Shown: positions 37,467 to 51,476, counted from the first letter of the stretch. The stretch is DNA of 64,000 nt from Octopus sinensis (GCF_006345805.1 NC_043019.1:12461360-12525359), one strand, 5' to 3'. Numbers and translations: made by a program. Notes: generated from the letters alone by a model not told the origin.

Positions 37467-37524
37467 ACACTAACACTAACCCTAACCCTAACCCTAACCC
37501 TAAAACCCTAACCCTAACCGTAAC
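37467..37524. repeat. Interstitial telomere-like (CCCTAA)n tract
   Basis: About nine TAACCC-type units including TAACAC, TAAAACCC and TAACCG variants. Confidence 0.7.
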
Positions 37525-37599
37525 TACAGAAACGTTTTGAAATTATTGTTCAAATCATGATGTACGTATTTTTCTGCATATTTAGAAAGAAAAAAAAAT

Positions 37600-37995
37600 T
37601 CTTGCTTACCAACCACATGGTTCCAGGTTCAGTCCCACTGCGTGGCATCTTGGGCAAGTGTCTTCTACTATAGCCTCGGGCCGACCAATGCCTTGTGAGT
37701 GGATTTGGTAGACGGAAACTGAAAGAAGCCTGTCGTATATATGTATATATATATATATATGTATGTGTGTGTATGTGTTTGTGTGTCTATGTTTGTCCCC
37801 CTAGCATTGCTTGGCAACCGATGTTGGTGTGTTTATGTCACCGTCACTTAGCGGTTCGGCAAAAAGAGACCGATAGAATAAGTACTGGGCTTACAAAAGA
37901 ATAAAGTCCCGGGGTCGATTTGCTCGACTAAAAAAGGCGGTGCTCCAGCATGGCCGGCCGCAGTCAAAATGACTGAAACAAGTAAAAAGAGTAAA
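37600..37995 (+). mobile_element. CORE-like SINE
   Basis: Same family as 22308-22738. Confidence 0.75.
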
Positions 37996-38019
37996 AGAGT
38001 AAAACCAAAACAACTCGAT

Positions 38020-38054
<35 letters not shown>

Positions 38055-40167
38055 ACCGTCAACGAAGTATGAAAGAATAAACGAAATAACCACCAAAGAA
38101 AGAATGGAAGAATAAAAGAAGCGAAATAAAGAACGATTAATTAACGAATGAAATGTTTTGAATCAAAATGGAAAGCAACAACGAAAGATAGGAGGAGAGG
38201 AAAAGAACGAAAGAATAAAAAACAAACACGTTCAGAATATAAAATATATTTCCGCTTCTTTCCGAGGAATAATAAAGCTTATTATTATTACACGTTATAC
38301 GAGGCATTTACGGTCGCCTTTCTGCTCTTCTCCCTTTTTCTTTTCCTCTGTCCCTTTTCTTTCTTCATTCATTTTACTTCGCTCATTGATTTATTTATAT
38401 AACAAACATGCTTCTCATATTTTTTTTTTTATTCGTCCATTCATGTTCACTACAGTGTTAACTATTCCAGTATTCCTCATTCATTCATTCATTCATGCGA
38501 TACGAAGAATCAGTCATAATATAAAAAAAGAAATAAAACAAAAAAACGAACGTTCGACTGACTATTCTGCTATTCCTCTCTCTCTCTCTCTTAAAGGTTT
38601 TTGTTCTTTCTTGCTTTCTCTCATTTCTCTTGTCTCTCTCTCTCTCACTCCGTGTTTCTGTCTCTCTCTGTGTGTCTGTCTGTCTCTTTCTCTCTCTCCC
38701 TCTGTGTGTGTGTCCCTCTCCCTGTGTGTGTGTCTCTTTCTCTCCCTCTCCCTATGTGTGCGTCTCTCTCCCTCTCCCTGTGTGTGTCTCTCTCCTTCTC
38801 CCTGTGTGTGTCTCTCGCTCTATCTCCCTCTCTCTCTCGCTCTCTCTCTTCTTTCCCCCGCCTCGCCCTCGATATCTGACATTACGCACACACACACACG
38901 CCTTGATTAATCGATGTTCCTAATACGATTAAAAGTTTCGTCAGCTCCGACATTCCTTTACGACGAGTCAGCGGAGGAAAACCCCCACCTAGGTGGAAGT
39001 TCGACCCACTAGAAACCACAGCCAAATCTCTCTCTTTCTCTCTCAAATATCACTTTACTGTCTTTAAAAAGGGGAAGAAACAATGGATATGTTAATCCTA
39101 TTAGATATACCTAAAAGAAGATGAGATAGTTACGTGTGGGAAAAACCTTTTATCATGGCTGTGTGCTCAGAAATTAGCTTCCTAAACACATGGTTTCGTG
39201 GCCCCTGGTTGACCGATTCCTTGCGGGAGGATTTCGTAGACAGAAATTGGAAGAAGCCCGTCGTGTGTGTGTGTGTGTGTGTATGTGTGTGTGTGTGTGT
39301 GTCTGTGTGTGTGTGTGTGTGTGTGTTGACAACCGATGTTGGTTTGTTTACCTCCCCTTTTCGCGGTTCGACAAAAAAGAGACCATTGAATAAAATACTA
39401 TGGGCGATTCTTCGGTATTGGTCTCTGGAGTGTCGGTATGAGTAAAACGACGTCATATCTATTTCTTTACTACCCACAAGGGGCTAAACACAGAGAGGAC
39501 AAACAAGGACAGACAAACGGATTAAGTCGATTACATCGACCCCAGTGCGTAACTGGTACTTAATTTATCGACCCTGAAAGGGATGAAAGGGCAAAGTCGA
39601 CCTCGGCGGAATTTGAACTCAGAACGTAACGGCAGACGAAATACGGCTATCATGAGGCAAAAGGTCGTGTGGGTGAATGACGTCGTGTACAAATACCGAA
39701 GGATTTCCTGTACCAGCCTTAATAATAAATAAGCCCTAGGGACGATTTGTCCGAATTAACTCTTCAGGGCGGTGCTCCAGCATGGCCGCAGTCAAATGAC
39801 TGAAACAAGGGAAAGACCGAAGATTAATGAAAGGTCTGCTCGATCGAAATTGACCTGAGGTTAAACAACACCGTAATAACATTCTTGACTAAATAAATAA
39901 ATAACAACTGACATTCTTGTCATTCTCTCATTCTACGGTACGGTAATCTTAACGCTTTGAAGCCTCGCAAACTGCGTGGTTTTGAGTTCAATTCTACTGC
40001 ACGGCGCTTTGCTTAGGTGTCGTCTGGTATGCTTTCTGGTTGGTAGGCCAGTCGGGGTTTTGTGAGCGACCAGATTTGGTGTAATGGGGATAGCGTAAAA
40101 GCCGCTTAGAAAATTCGTTCCTGCCCGATGTTGTGTGTACGTGTGTGTGTGTGTGTGTGTGTAAGAG

Positions 40168-40206
<39 letters not shown>

Positions 40207-40223
40207 TTGTGATTGTGTGAAAG

Positions 40224-40282
<59 letters not shown>

Positions 40283-41904
40283 AAGATAGATTGTGTATAT
40301 GTGAAAGATAGATAGAGAGATAGATAGAAATAAAGAAAGAAAGATAGATCGATAGATAGATAGATAGGTTTACAAAGAATAAGTCCTGGGGTTGATTTCC
40401 TCGACTAAAGGCGGTGCTCCAGCATGGCCGCAGTCAAATGACTGCAACCAGTAAAAAAGTATAAATGTTATCAACACTCTCGAAAACATATCTCTGCAAA
40501 AGTTCATTAAAAAAAAATTGCAGTTTTCAGAAAGTTATGAAGAAATAAAGTCGGTGGATATGGGGCATTAATCTGTATCAATGCCCTTATAACCTGGGCC
40601 CTCGTAGAATTTATAAGCCACCGGGAGAAATACTGCACCAGAACACCTATTTTTATCTATTAACAGCGAGATTATCTCTAGAGTACCCAAACCCATGGGG
40701 AACACCAGGGAAGTACCTAGCTTGTCAGTGTCTTAAGGCAGGACTGTTTTATATCATATCTTGTTACTTTACGCTGAAATTCCGAGCCGTTATTTGATTC
40801 GTTTTGTATGAATTTCTGGGAAAAATACCGCACTTTTTGAGTACAATACAACGCCCACTTTTGTACCTAAAAAAAATCAATTCATATATTTTTATCACGT
40901 TTATTTTTTTTCACATGCGTATAATAATAATAATGTTACTGTCTTTCTCTTCGTCAGCACCAACATGAAACTTCGACCCAGTGGTGGGGGGGCATTCATT
41001 TCTTACATTATAGACGAGGAAATACATTAAGTTTCACGTTTAAAATATGTAGTCCTCTTGCGAGGTCTACAACCTCTGGCTGAAACAAGCGAAAGTAATT
41101 TCATAATTAAGTTGGCAGTTATTAAGACATGAAGAGAGGTGTGAGTATATAGTAACTGTCGGCCCCCCAAAAAAGCATTAAAGTAAATAAATGAATAAAT
41201 AAATTAATAAAATATGTATTTTATTTTATTATAGGCACGTTGTGTGTCTTCTACAAAAGCCCTGGGCCGATCAAAACCTTGTGAGTTTATTTGGTAGAAG
41301 GAAACTGAAAGAAGCCCGTCGTGTGTGTGTATGTGTGGACGCGCGCGGACATATCATCTATCTTTCACTTGTTTCATCCATTGGACTGCGGCCACAGTCT
41401 CTGAAGTGTGAAATCGAACAAATCTACCCCCAAAAGTAATAATTTATTAAACCTGGTACTTATTCTTTCGGCTTCTTTTGCCGGACCGGTAAGTTAGGGG
41501 ACGTAAACAAACCAGCACCTGCCGTCAAGCAGTGGTTGGACACACGCATATACGACGCGCTTCTTTCAGTTTCCGTCTACTAAATCCACTCACAAGGCTT
41601 TGATCGGCCTGGGGCTTATAGCAGAAGATACTTCCCCCCCCCCAAAGTACCAGGATCGGCATGGTTGGAACGCCGTTGATCAAAGGTCTAGCTCCCCCAG
41701 GGTTTTACAATTAGGCTAATCAACAACCTGTTGTGTACCCCCAGTGTATGTGTGTGCGTGTGTGTGTTTGTTAAAAGCGATCTGTCAAAGCTGACTGATT
41801 TACGACTTTTTGTAGGCCAAACTTAAGGATTATACTAACACTTGGCCGTTCAAATGTTTCGCCACTGTTCGATTAACACCGACAAGTCACGTGGGAGGTG
41901 CGTA

Positions 41905-42840
41905 TCCGCCGCCACCGCCGCCGCCACTACTATCGCCCTAATTATTATTATTATTATTATCATTATCATCGGCATTACTATCATAGTTGTAATCAATATC
42001 GGCGATACCACCACCACCACCACGATCACCACATCACCACCACCATCACCACCATCACCACCACCACCACCACCCACCACCACCACCACCACCACCACCA
42101 CCACCACCACCACCACCACACCACCACCACCATCATTATAATCATTATTAATATTATTATTACCATCAGCATTATACACTCATCGTTATCGTTAACGACG
42201 TTATCACCACCACCACCACCACCACCACCATCGTCACTACAGTCATCACCACCACCACCGTCACCGCCACCGCGTTGTCGTTATAATTAATATTGCCATC
42301 ACTATCATCAGCATTATCACCACCACCACCACCACCAGCACCACAACCACCGCCACCATCACCACCGCCACCACCACCGCCTTGTTATAATTAATATTGC
42401 CATCACTATCATCAGCATTATCATCAGCATTACCATCACCATATCGTATCATCAATATCACCGCCACCACCACCACCACCAAAACCACCACCACCACCGC
42501 CACCACCACCACCACCACCACCACCAGCACCACCAGCACCACAACCACCACCACCACCACCACCACCGCCTTGTTATAATTAATATTGCCATCACTATCA
42601 TCAGCATTATCATCAGCATTACCATCACCATATCGTATCATCAATATCACCGCCACCACCACCACCACCAAAACCACCACCACCGCCACCGCCACCACAC
42701 CACCACCACCACCACCAGCACCACCAGCACCACAACCACCACCACCACCACCACCACCGCCTTGTTATAATTAATATTGCCATCACTATCATCAGCATTA
42801 CCATCACCATATCGTATCATCAATATCACCGCCACCACTG
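41905..42840. repeat. (CCA/CAT)n array with higher-order 104-191-bp repeats
   Basis: Anchor GTTATAATTAATATTGCCATCACTATCATCAGC at 42280, 42384, 42573 and 42764. Confidence 0.85.
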
Positions 42841-42892
42841 TCATCAGTATTAAAGTCTGTCATAAGCAGCAGCAGCAGCAGCAGCGGCGGCA

Positions 42893-42904
42893 GGTCACAT
42901 GACC
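42893..42904. promoter_or_regulatory. CLEAR/M-box-type E-box upstream of the SNX19-like gene
   Basis: GGTCACATGACC, about 1 kb upstream of the ATG, at the edge of a CpG-richer region. Confidence 0.4.
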
Positions 42905-43926
42905 GACTCCTCACACTCCATAACAACAATATGGCTGAACCGAATCGTTTGTGGCGGACTTGAAAAAAAAAAATAATAATACACACAGACACCTATATAT
43001 CTTTCTCACTCACTCACTCTCTCTGTGCTGGCAGGACAGTCTACGCCTTCTTCTTCTTCATCATCATCTACATCGTTCGTTTGCTTCGCTAGTCGTCGAT
43101 GGTATCACCGTTTACTTGCTTATTATTTGATATAATATATTCCCCATGTTTCTGTATAATCTCTGCTTTTGATATTTTGCCCTGTTTTTTTGTTTCTCTC
43201 TCTCTCTCTTCTCCTCCCCCATTAATGTTCCGATTTATGTCTATTCTATGTAAATGTGTTGTTTCTGTCATTCGTGATGCCGTCAGTAGCAGCAGACCAG
43301 CCCATTGCGTCCAATGTTCCTTCCACCCGTACCGCTTCTTTTCCTCCTTCCTCTTTTAACACCTGTAACCACCACGTAATCGAACCCGGGACATTCTCCG
43401 CGGTTCTCTATCCTTTCCTCTGCTCTACTCCTACGACTGGAACGAGTTTTTGTTGTGGTGGTGGGAGCTGCACTGGTCGAAAAAACAGGCCCTGTGTATC
43501 GTCTTCGTCTTCGTTCCTGTGGTCCTCGTCGTCAAGAAGCATTGTTGCTGCACTTTATAGACTTCGATATTTGCTGTTGTCGTCTTCCCACCTATCCTTC
43601 TTCTTCTTCTTCTTCTTCTTCTTCTTCGTCTCTTCCTATCTATTTCTGCCCGTTGTGCAGCCAACGACGTCAACATCACCATTAACAACAACAACAACAA
43701 AAACATCACCGCCGCCGCCGCCGCCACTCTCACCTATTCCACTACCACCACCACCACCACCAACATCATCAACAACAACAATAACTGCAACGGCTACAAC
43801 TGTCGTAACACAACTAGTAGTAGAAGTAGTAGTAGTAGTAGTAGTAACAACAGTCACGTTAGTATCGATAATAGCAGCAGCAGAAGAAAAAGAAGGAAAA
43901 TACTACAATTCTGGCGCACCAACAAC

Positions 43927-46332
43927 ATGTGGATGAAACATACGAAATGGCAATATCGCTGTTTGGCGTACCTCAATCAGTTTTTCACCGGCTACGCCCT
44001 GATGGCATGGACCGGTTTTTTCCTATTTTTGGGCGTATTTTACAATGAATGGAAACCTTTAATTTCCTATATAGTGGGCATCATTCCAGCCATGGTGATC
44101 TGTTTTCATGTCAACCGTAGTCAACAGCTGTGGGACCTTACCCCTTTTACCAAATTTCTCTTGGCGAAAACAACTTTATCGTACAAGCTTCGGACATTAT
44201 TTCTTCAGCTTGTCATGACCATTATCACCTTTAAGGAATATAAAAGCAACGACGGTAAAAAACAGGTGTCTGCGACTAATGGGTGGGCGGTAGACAATGT
44301 TCAACACGACTCGATGTCTCCATCGCCGTCGCCATCTCTGCCCACATCCAGCAGTTGGTTGGACGACACTTCGCAGCGAATTAAACCCAAACAACGGAAT
44401 CGCTTGGATTCTTCGAAATCTAGTGACGATCAGTCTCCCCACACATCCGACTCTCATGTTCCTTATTGCGAAGTAATTAACTGTGAGATCGAAAAGTTTG
44501 TCAATTTAATTACAAGAGATTACGTTCAGTCTTGGTACAAAGTGGTCTGTTCCGATTCCACTATAGTTGTTGACATCCATGATGAAATTCTGGAAATCCT
44601 GTTAGAGTTGTGTCGACGAGCACGTACTGTCAACCGGTTGTCTGCATGTACAGGGGCCATCACAATGTGCCGTGAACATTTGATGAAATACCAGACCTCG
44701 TTTGCTACTTACAAGATCCAGATGTGTTATGCAATGTCAAGTGATAAACTTTCACAGAAGAAAAAGCTACCAGGATCTGTAGAAGATGTATTTGACCAAA
44801 AGTATTCCCTGCATCCCGCATCAAAGGGCACTGAAGCATCTTTTGACCATGTCCGGGCACTCATTGAACTCTTGATTGACTGCTTAGATATATTGCCAGC
44901 GGATTTCAAGAACGTAGATTCTTTGAAGAAAATCCTTATTGAAATTTTTACATTACAAATTATAATGCCCCTCATTGATATGTTTCAAGACCCGGATTTT
45001 TTGCACGAAAGCATTATCATGCTGCTGTCTAAGGAACAAGAGGAACTGGTTGAAATAAGAAAAACTGATGAAGAGACAGCTAGCAAAGAAACGCCGCCCC
45101 CACCACCACCACCTCCTTTACCACTGCCACCTGTTATAGTCCAGGGTTCGACTCCTGAAAAACAGGACGTCACAATCGTGGAAGCAATACGGCCAAACAG
45201 CATCCAGCTTGAGCAGAAAGCATCATCTTTTGATGAGCCTAAAACTCTCTTAAATCCTGAACAGGTATTGTCTAATCAGCAACAGGTGGAAACACAAGAA
45301 AGTCAACAACAGTCACGACTAACAACACCAGAAATACAAGAGTCACAAACACAAACACCAGAACAACAATCACACCTACAACCAACACCAATACCACAAC
45401 AACAGCAACAGAAACAAGAAAATTCATGCATGCAAAATTCTCTGGAGATAAACGGTAACAATTTGAAATCAGGTGAAGAAAAACCTGCCACCGGTGATTC
45501 AACTTTTGAAAATGTCTTCAGTTTTCGATCAAGAGAAGGCAGTCGGATATCTTTAGGTGGGTTGCCCTTTCTTTTCGGTGGCGATAGACAATTTTTTGGC
45601 TCAGGCAGTGACAGCAGAAAAGCTTCCATGTCAGATAACGAGTCGGTTACAGATCAGCCCTCATTTTCAAATAACAACAGTAAAAGGTCTTCGTGTTCTG
45701 CTAACGAGGATGTTGATGCTCACGACAATAATGAGGATAATGAAAGTACAGACTTCAGTAAGAGTTTTTCTGTAGCGAAACCTGCTGATCAAAAGGATTC
45801 CTTGGAAAATGAGAAAGTGAGTGGTGAATGTGTAAATAAAGAATCGAACTGTGATAATAAATCGGACCATGGCTTCATCAGGCGTTTAGAGCAGCGAAAC
45901 AGTTTTTACTCTCTTCCTTTATCGGATAAAACACCCGGTAGTGAAAAAGAGAGCAATCAATCAGCTTTCGAATTTGGTTTGGATGAACACCATGTTTCTT
46001 CTGCTAGCAGCAAGGAGCAAAAATTAAATGGGATGAGATCGAAAAGTTCGGACTCCAGTCCCTCAGGAATGCGGAACACTTTTGAACGTAGTCCCTTTCA
46101 AACTTTGTGGCCAAACTCTGCGATCCCCAGGTTGAGTCAAACCGAGGATAGCATTCGGACGTTTCCATTTCTTCCTGGCAATTCAGAGACCTCTTCTAAA
46201 ACAGACAGCGAGTCGGATGACTCTGGGCCATCTGCCGACAAAAGGTGTCTTTTCCAAAATATCTCGGTGGTCGAGACGGAATCACATAAGGAACCCAGGG
46301 CTAACAAGGTTTACACCCTTTACGAAGTCCAG
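43927..46332 (+). CDS. SNX19: First coding exon of an SNX19-like sorting nexin (N-terminal TM segments, PXA domain, long S/Q/E-rich linker, start of PX domain)
   Basis: Hydrophobic N-terminus; PXA motif EIEKFVNLITRDYVQSWYKVVC; no recognisable RGS domain between PXA and PX, which favours SNX19 over SNX13/14/25. The PX start (LFQNISVVETESHKEPRANKVYTLYEVQ) ends exactly at CAG|GTAAGT. Confidence 0.8.
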
Positions 46333-46338
46333 GTAAGT
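46333..46338 (+). other. 5' splice donor of SNX19-like intron 1
   Basis: Consensus CAG|GTAAGT at a codon boundary; protein-like sequence stops there and no later PX exon was recognised in the window. Confidence 0.85.
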
Positions 46339-46429
46339 GGGGTTTCTCTATTTTCAAACATTTTAAAAACAATTTGAAATGAGTTTTTGATATTTTAAAT
46401 TTTTTTATCAATACAAGGTAGCAAGCTCA

Positions 46430-48530
46430 GATGAAATGCTAAATGGCATTTCTTCCATCTTCATGTTTTTGAGTTCAAATTCCACCAAGGTCGACTTTGC
46501 CTTTCATTCTTTCAGGGTTGATAAATTAAGTACCAGTTGCATACTGGGGTCGATCTAATCAACTGGCTTCCTCCCCCAAAATTTTAGGCCTTGTGCCTAA
46601 AATAGAAAAGAATATTTTCTTGTTTACACATTTGCAAATCATTTCTAATAGAAATTATGAATTATCTACCTTATCTGTTTCATTTTTATGAAACAAATTT
46701 CTTTTTATTCCGTAGAATCATTGGAGTGATGGGCGAAAGTATTTATTTCACCTGTTTGCATTCTAGGTTCAAATTTCACCAAGAACAACTTTGCCTTTCA
46801 TCTTTTTGGGGGGAATGGATAAAATAAACTATCAGTCCAGAACTGGGCTCTAGGGTATCAAGAAATCCATTTCCTCAAAATTGTTGTTTTTTTAATTTTT
46901 TTATTAAATTAAAAATCAATATTAAGAGAGCAGCATAAGGTGGTGAGCTGGCAGAATTGTTAGCATATCGGGCAAAATGCTCAGTGGCTGTCTGTTTGTC
47001 TTTACATTCTGAGTTCAAATTCCACTGAGATCGGCTTTGCTTCTTATCCTTTTGGGGGTTGATAAAATAAGTACTTGTTGAGCACTGGAATCAATGTAAT
47101 CGAATGTCCCCCTCTCCCAAATTTCAGGCTTTGCACTTATAGTAGAATGGATTATTGATATTATTAAAGAAGCAAGCTGGCAGAATCGTTAGCATGCCAG
47201 GCAAAATACTAAGCAGCATCTTGTCCATCTTTACATCCTGAATTCAGATGCCACTGAGGTCAACTTTGCCTTCGTCCTTTCGAGGTCGATGAAATAAGTA
47301 CCAGTTACACACTGGGGTTGATGTAATTCACTATCCCCTCCCCCCCAGATTTCAGGCCTTGTGCCTATAGCAGAGAGGATTATCATCATCATCATTATTG
47401 CGTAGCCGTATTTCGTCTACCGTTACGTTTTGAGTTCAAATTCTGCCGAGGTCGACTTTGCCTTTCATCCTTTTGGGGTCGATAAATAAAGTACCAGTTA
47501 CGCACTGGGGTCGATGTAATCGACTTCAATTCGTTTGTCTGTCCTTGTTTGTCCCCTCTATGTTTAGCCCCTTGTGGGCAATAAAGAAACATATTATTAG
47601 GATGGTGAGCTGGCAGAACCATTACCAGGCTGGGCAAAATGCTTAGTGGTGTTTCATGTCATTATGTTGTGAGTTCAAATTCTGCCATGGTTGACATTGC
47701 CTTTCATCCCTCCAGGGTTGATAAAATAAGTACCAGTGGAGCATTGGGGTTGATTTAATCAACTTAGTCCCTTCCTCAGAATTTCTAACCTTGTGCCAAA
47801 ATTTGAAACCTGTTATTATTATTACTAAGACAATGAACTGGCAGAATCTGTGGTGTATGCAGGAGATTTGAAGTAAAGACACCTACCTTCTCTTTGTTGA
47901 CGCAGACCACTCCGGTGGTAATGCACCCTTCCACGTGGCCCAACCTGAACGCTAAAAAATAGCAGCTGCTTTTCCCTTACCTTGTCGAAGCGCTCACATG
48001 TCCAGCCCTGTCGGCTACCCCGATTGAAAAGGTCCAATCGTCCCCTGCCTGCGCGCGCGTCACTCCTGCACCCTTCCTCTTCTGGTCAGCTCTCCACCTG
48101 CTGAGGTCATTCCTCAGAATCATTAGCATGCTAGACAAAATGCTTAGCGGCATTTTGTTTGTCTTTATGTCCTGAGTTCAAATTGCACTGAGGTTGACTT
48201 TGCCTTTCATTCTTCCAGGGTTACTAAAGTAATACCTGTCAAATATTGGGGTCGATGTAATCAACTGGGCCCTTCTCCTAAAATTCCAGGCCTTGTGCCC
48301 TTAGTACAAAGCATGATTCAGAGAGCAAGCAGTCTGGCAGGAATCGTGGTGCATTGGTAAAAGTACCTTGCAGTTTTCATTCTGGCTTTATATGTTCTGA
48401 GTTCAAATCCTGCTGAGGTCAACTATGCCTTTCATCCCCCCCAGGCATGATAAAATAAAGTACCCATATAGCACTGGATTTAATGTAATCTACTGGTCCC
48501 CCTCCCCTCGAAATAACTGACCTGTGACTA
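46430..48530 (+). mobile_element. Cluster of about eight co-oriented, diverged Deu/Nin-like SINEs at the start of the SNX19-like intron
   Basis: Recurrent GAGTTCAAAT...GTCGACTTTGCCTTTCAT...AAGTACCAG blocks, all on the plus strand. Confidence 0.75.
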
Positions 48531-49409
48531 AATCAGAAGCAATTATTATTTTCTCCTATGTGTTTATGTTGTGTTTGTCTCCCCCCTCTCCCCGCCTTCT
48601 TTTAACAACTGGTGTTGGTTTGTTTATGTCCTTGTAACTTACCAGTTCAGCAAAAGAGACTGATAAAGTAAATACCAGAATTAAAAAAAACAAAACAAAA
48701 GATGTCAATATGTCAATTTGTTTGACTAAACTCTTCACGGTGGTGCCCAGCATGGCCGCAGTCCACTGACTGAAACAAGTTAAAAATAGAGGATAAGGCA
48801 CAACTCTGAGTTGACCCTGATGGGATCTGTTTTTTTTTTTTCCTACTAGAATAGTATATCCTGGTGTATGTTATGCAATGTGTCCTTCTTTTTAACACAG
48901 TATAGTTAGTGTGGTTGAGGAGAAATTTGACTGCTATTTCTTGCAAATCAAGCCATCAGGCAAATGACTACTCTTTGGCTCATTTCTCATTGGGTTGAAA
49001 ATATTTTAGTAAATTTCAAATTCAAACATTTTCAGGGATTTAACTTCAAAACAAAAAAAAATGTGGCTTTTAACTAACATTGGCTGAAGTGACCTAAAAA
49101 AATCCCCACCCCCACCAATTTTATTGTTCTTATTACCTTTCTTTTTGTTATTTTATTTCTTTTTTTTTGTTTCAGCCCATTATATAAACCTAGGCCAGGT
49201 TAAGCGGAGCATTTTAACTGGGTTAAAAGTTAATGAAGGGTTGCTACAAGGTCTGAACGATTAAGCTAATGTAATAGGCCGTTTGCTTGATTACCTTAAC
49301 GACTTGTTCATTGTATCATTACAAATAAAATGTGTGTGTGTTTTAGTATGTGTTATGTTTTCAAACACACTGCAAATAAATGACACACACACACACATAT
49401 ATAATGTGC

Positions 49410-49451
<42 letters not shown>

Positions 49452-49845
49452 GCAGGAGTGGCTGTGTGGTAAGTAGCTTGCTTACCAACCACATGGTTCC
49501 GGGTTCAGTCCCACTGCATAGCATCTTGGGCAAGTGTCTTCTGCTATAGCCCCGGGCCGACCAATGCCTTGTGAGTGGATTTGGTAGACGGAAACTGAAA
49601 GAAGCCTGTCGTATATATGTATATATATATGTATGTGTTTGTGTGTCTGTGTTTGTCCGCCTAGCATTGCTTGACTTCCGATGCTGGTGTGTTTACGTCC
49701 CCGTCACGTAGTGGTTCAGCAAAAAGAGGCCGATAGAATAAGTACTGGGCTTACAAAGAATAAGTCCCGGTGTCGATTTGCTCGACTAAAAGGCGGTGCT
49801 CTAGCATGGTCGCAGTCAAATGACTGAAACAAGTAAAAGATTAAA
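49452..49845 (+). mobile_element. CORE-like SINE
   Basis: Near full-length family member. Confidence 0.75.
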
Positions 49846-51064
49846 GAGTATATATCTCATATAATGTTCATTGTCTATGCTGGCATGGGTTGGATGGTTT
49901 GACCAGAGCTGGTAAGTTGAGGGGCTGCACCAGGCTCCAGTCTAATTTGGCATGGCTTCTATGGTTGGATACCCTTCCTAATGCCAACCACTCTGACAGT
50001 GTAATGGTTGCTTTTCTGTGCCACTGGCATGGGTGTCAGTTGCATGACACTAGTATCTGTCACAACTATAGTTTCACTTGGCTTGATAGGTCTACTTGTC
50101 AAGCACAGCATATTGCCAAAGGTCTCAGTCGTTTATCATTGCCTCCATGAAGCCCACCGCTCGAAAGGTGCTTTTTACATGCTACTGGTACAGGTGCCGG
50201 TGGCATGACACTAGCATCGGCCACCCTGCCTCAGTAAGGCCCAATGCTCGATATGTTTGTTCCTTCTCGAGCCATGCCTGGCTCATAAAGGCCGGTTTCC
50301 CTTGGCGTATAGGTTCCCCACTTGGACGGGACGCTGGTCCATCGCAGGTGAGCTGCAAGATGCAGGAGGAAAGATTGAGAGAAAGTTGTGGTGAAAGAGT
50401 CAGCAGAAGTTCGCCATTACCTTCTGCCGGAGTCGCGTGGAGCTTAGGTGTTTCGCTCATAAACACACACATTGCCCAGTCTGAGATTCCCTGCGAGTCC
50501 GCTGCTCTAACCACTAGGCCATGTGCCTTCACAGTGCTCAATATATATATATATATATAGCTAGAATATGTATTGCCATCTCAATAACCTAACTCATTCC
50601 TTTATATATATATATATATATATCATCATCATCATCATCATATGACCAACCAGGCTATCAGATGTTGCTACACATCGCTGGTCACAATGCGCTTCATATT
50701 GTTTTAGCCTTCAAATGACGCCACCCCGCTGGCTAAGCGAGCAGGCCGACGGAAGAAAGAGTGAGAGAAAGTTGTGGCGAAAGAGTACAGCAGGGATCGC
50801 CACCACCCACTGCCGGGGCCTTGTGAAGTTTTTAGGTGTTTTTGCCCAATAAACACTCACAACGCCCGGTCTGGGAATCGAAACCGTGATCCTACAACCG
50901 CGAGTCCGCTGCCCTAACCACTAGGCCATTGCGCCTCCACACATATATATATATATATATATGTATATATGGAGATAGATGGATAGGTAGGTAGATAGCA
51001 TGGTTAGTGTTCATACAAAAAACTCTGTTCTTGAGTAACTTTGTAACTTCTGCCAATTATTAAT

Positions 51065-51112
<48 letters not shown>

Positions 51113-51435
51113 TGGCTAGCAATCTATCCGGCATTCACCATGATAGATTGTTAACCACTAAACCTTTTCCATTTTCTCTCCCTGTTTATTTCTGTGTTCC
51201 TCTGGGGCTAAAGTAGTAACAACAGGTACAGGGATGAGCCATAGAAATAGCAGCTAAATCTCCCTCAGAACGTTACCCTTTTTTTTTTTCAAAGGAAGAA
51301 TGCATTGGATAACAATATGGCTCTAGACAAACTATACTTGAATATGATATGGGATGGTCATAGCTGAAACACGTTTAATAGTAAATGTTTTGAATTAGGG
51401 TTAGCCTAGAGCTAAACAGAACACACATACACACA

Positions 51436-51476
<41 letters not shown>

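Noticed and set aside
43256-43936. 226-aa ORF upstream of SNX19 as an N-terminal extension
   Set aside because: Different frame, low complexity, and stops just after the SNX19 ATG; probably 5'UTR.
46716-46738. 23-nt micro-exon (TTCCGTAG|...|GTATTT) as SNX19 exon 2
   Set aside because: Weak donor, shifts phase and encodes nothing PX-like; cannot be supported without RNA data.
50096-50560. SINE-spanning ORFs (also 4159-4431, 23307-23586, 53665-54833)
   Set aside because: They recur wherever the SINE recurs; they are repeat-derived.
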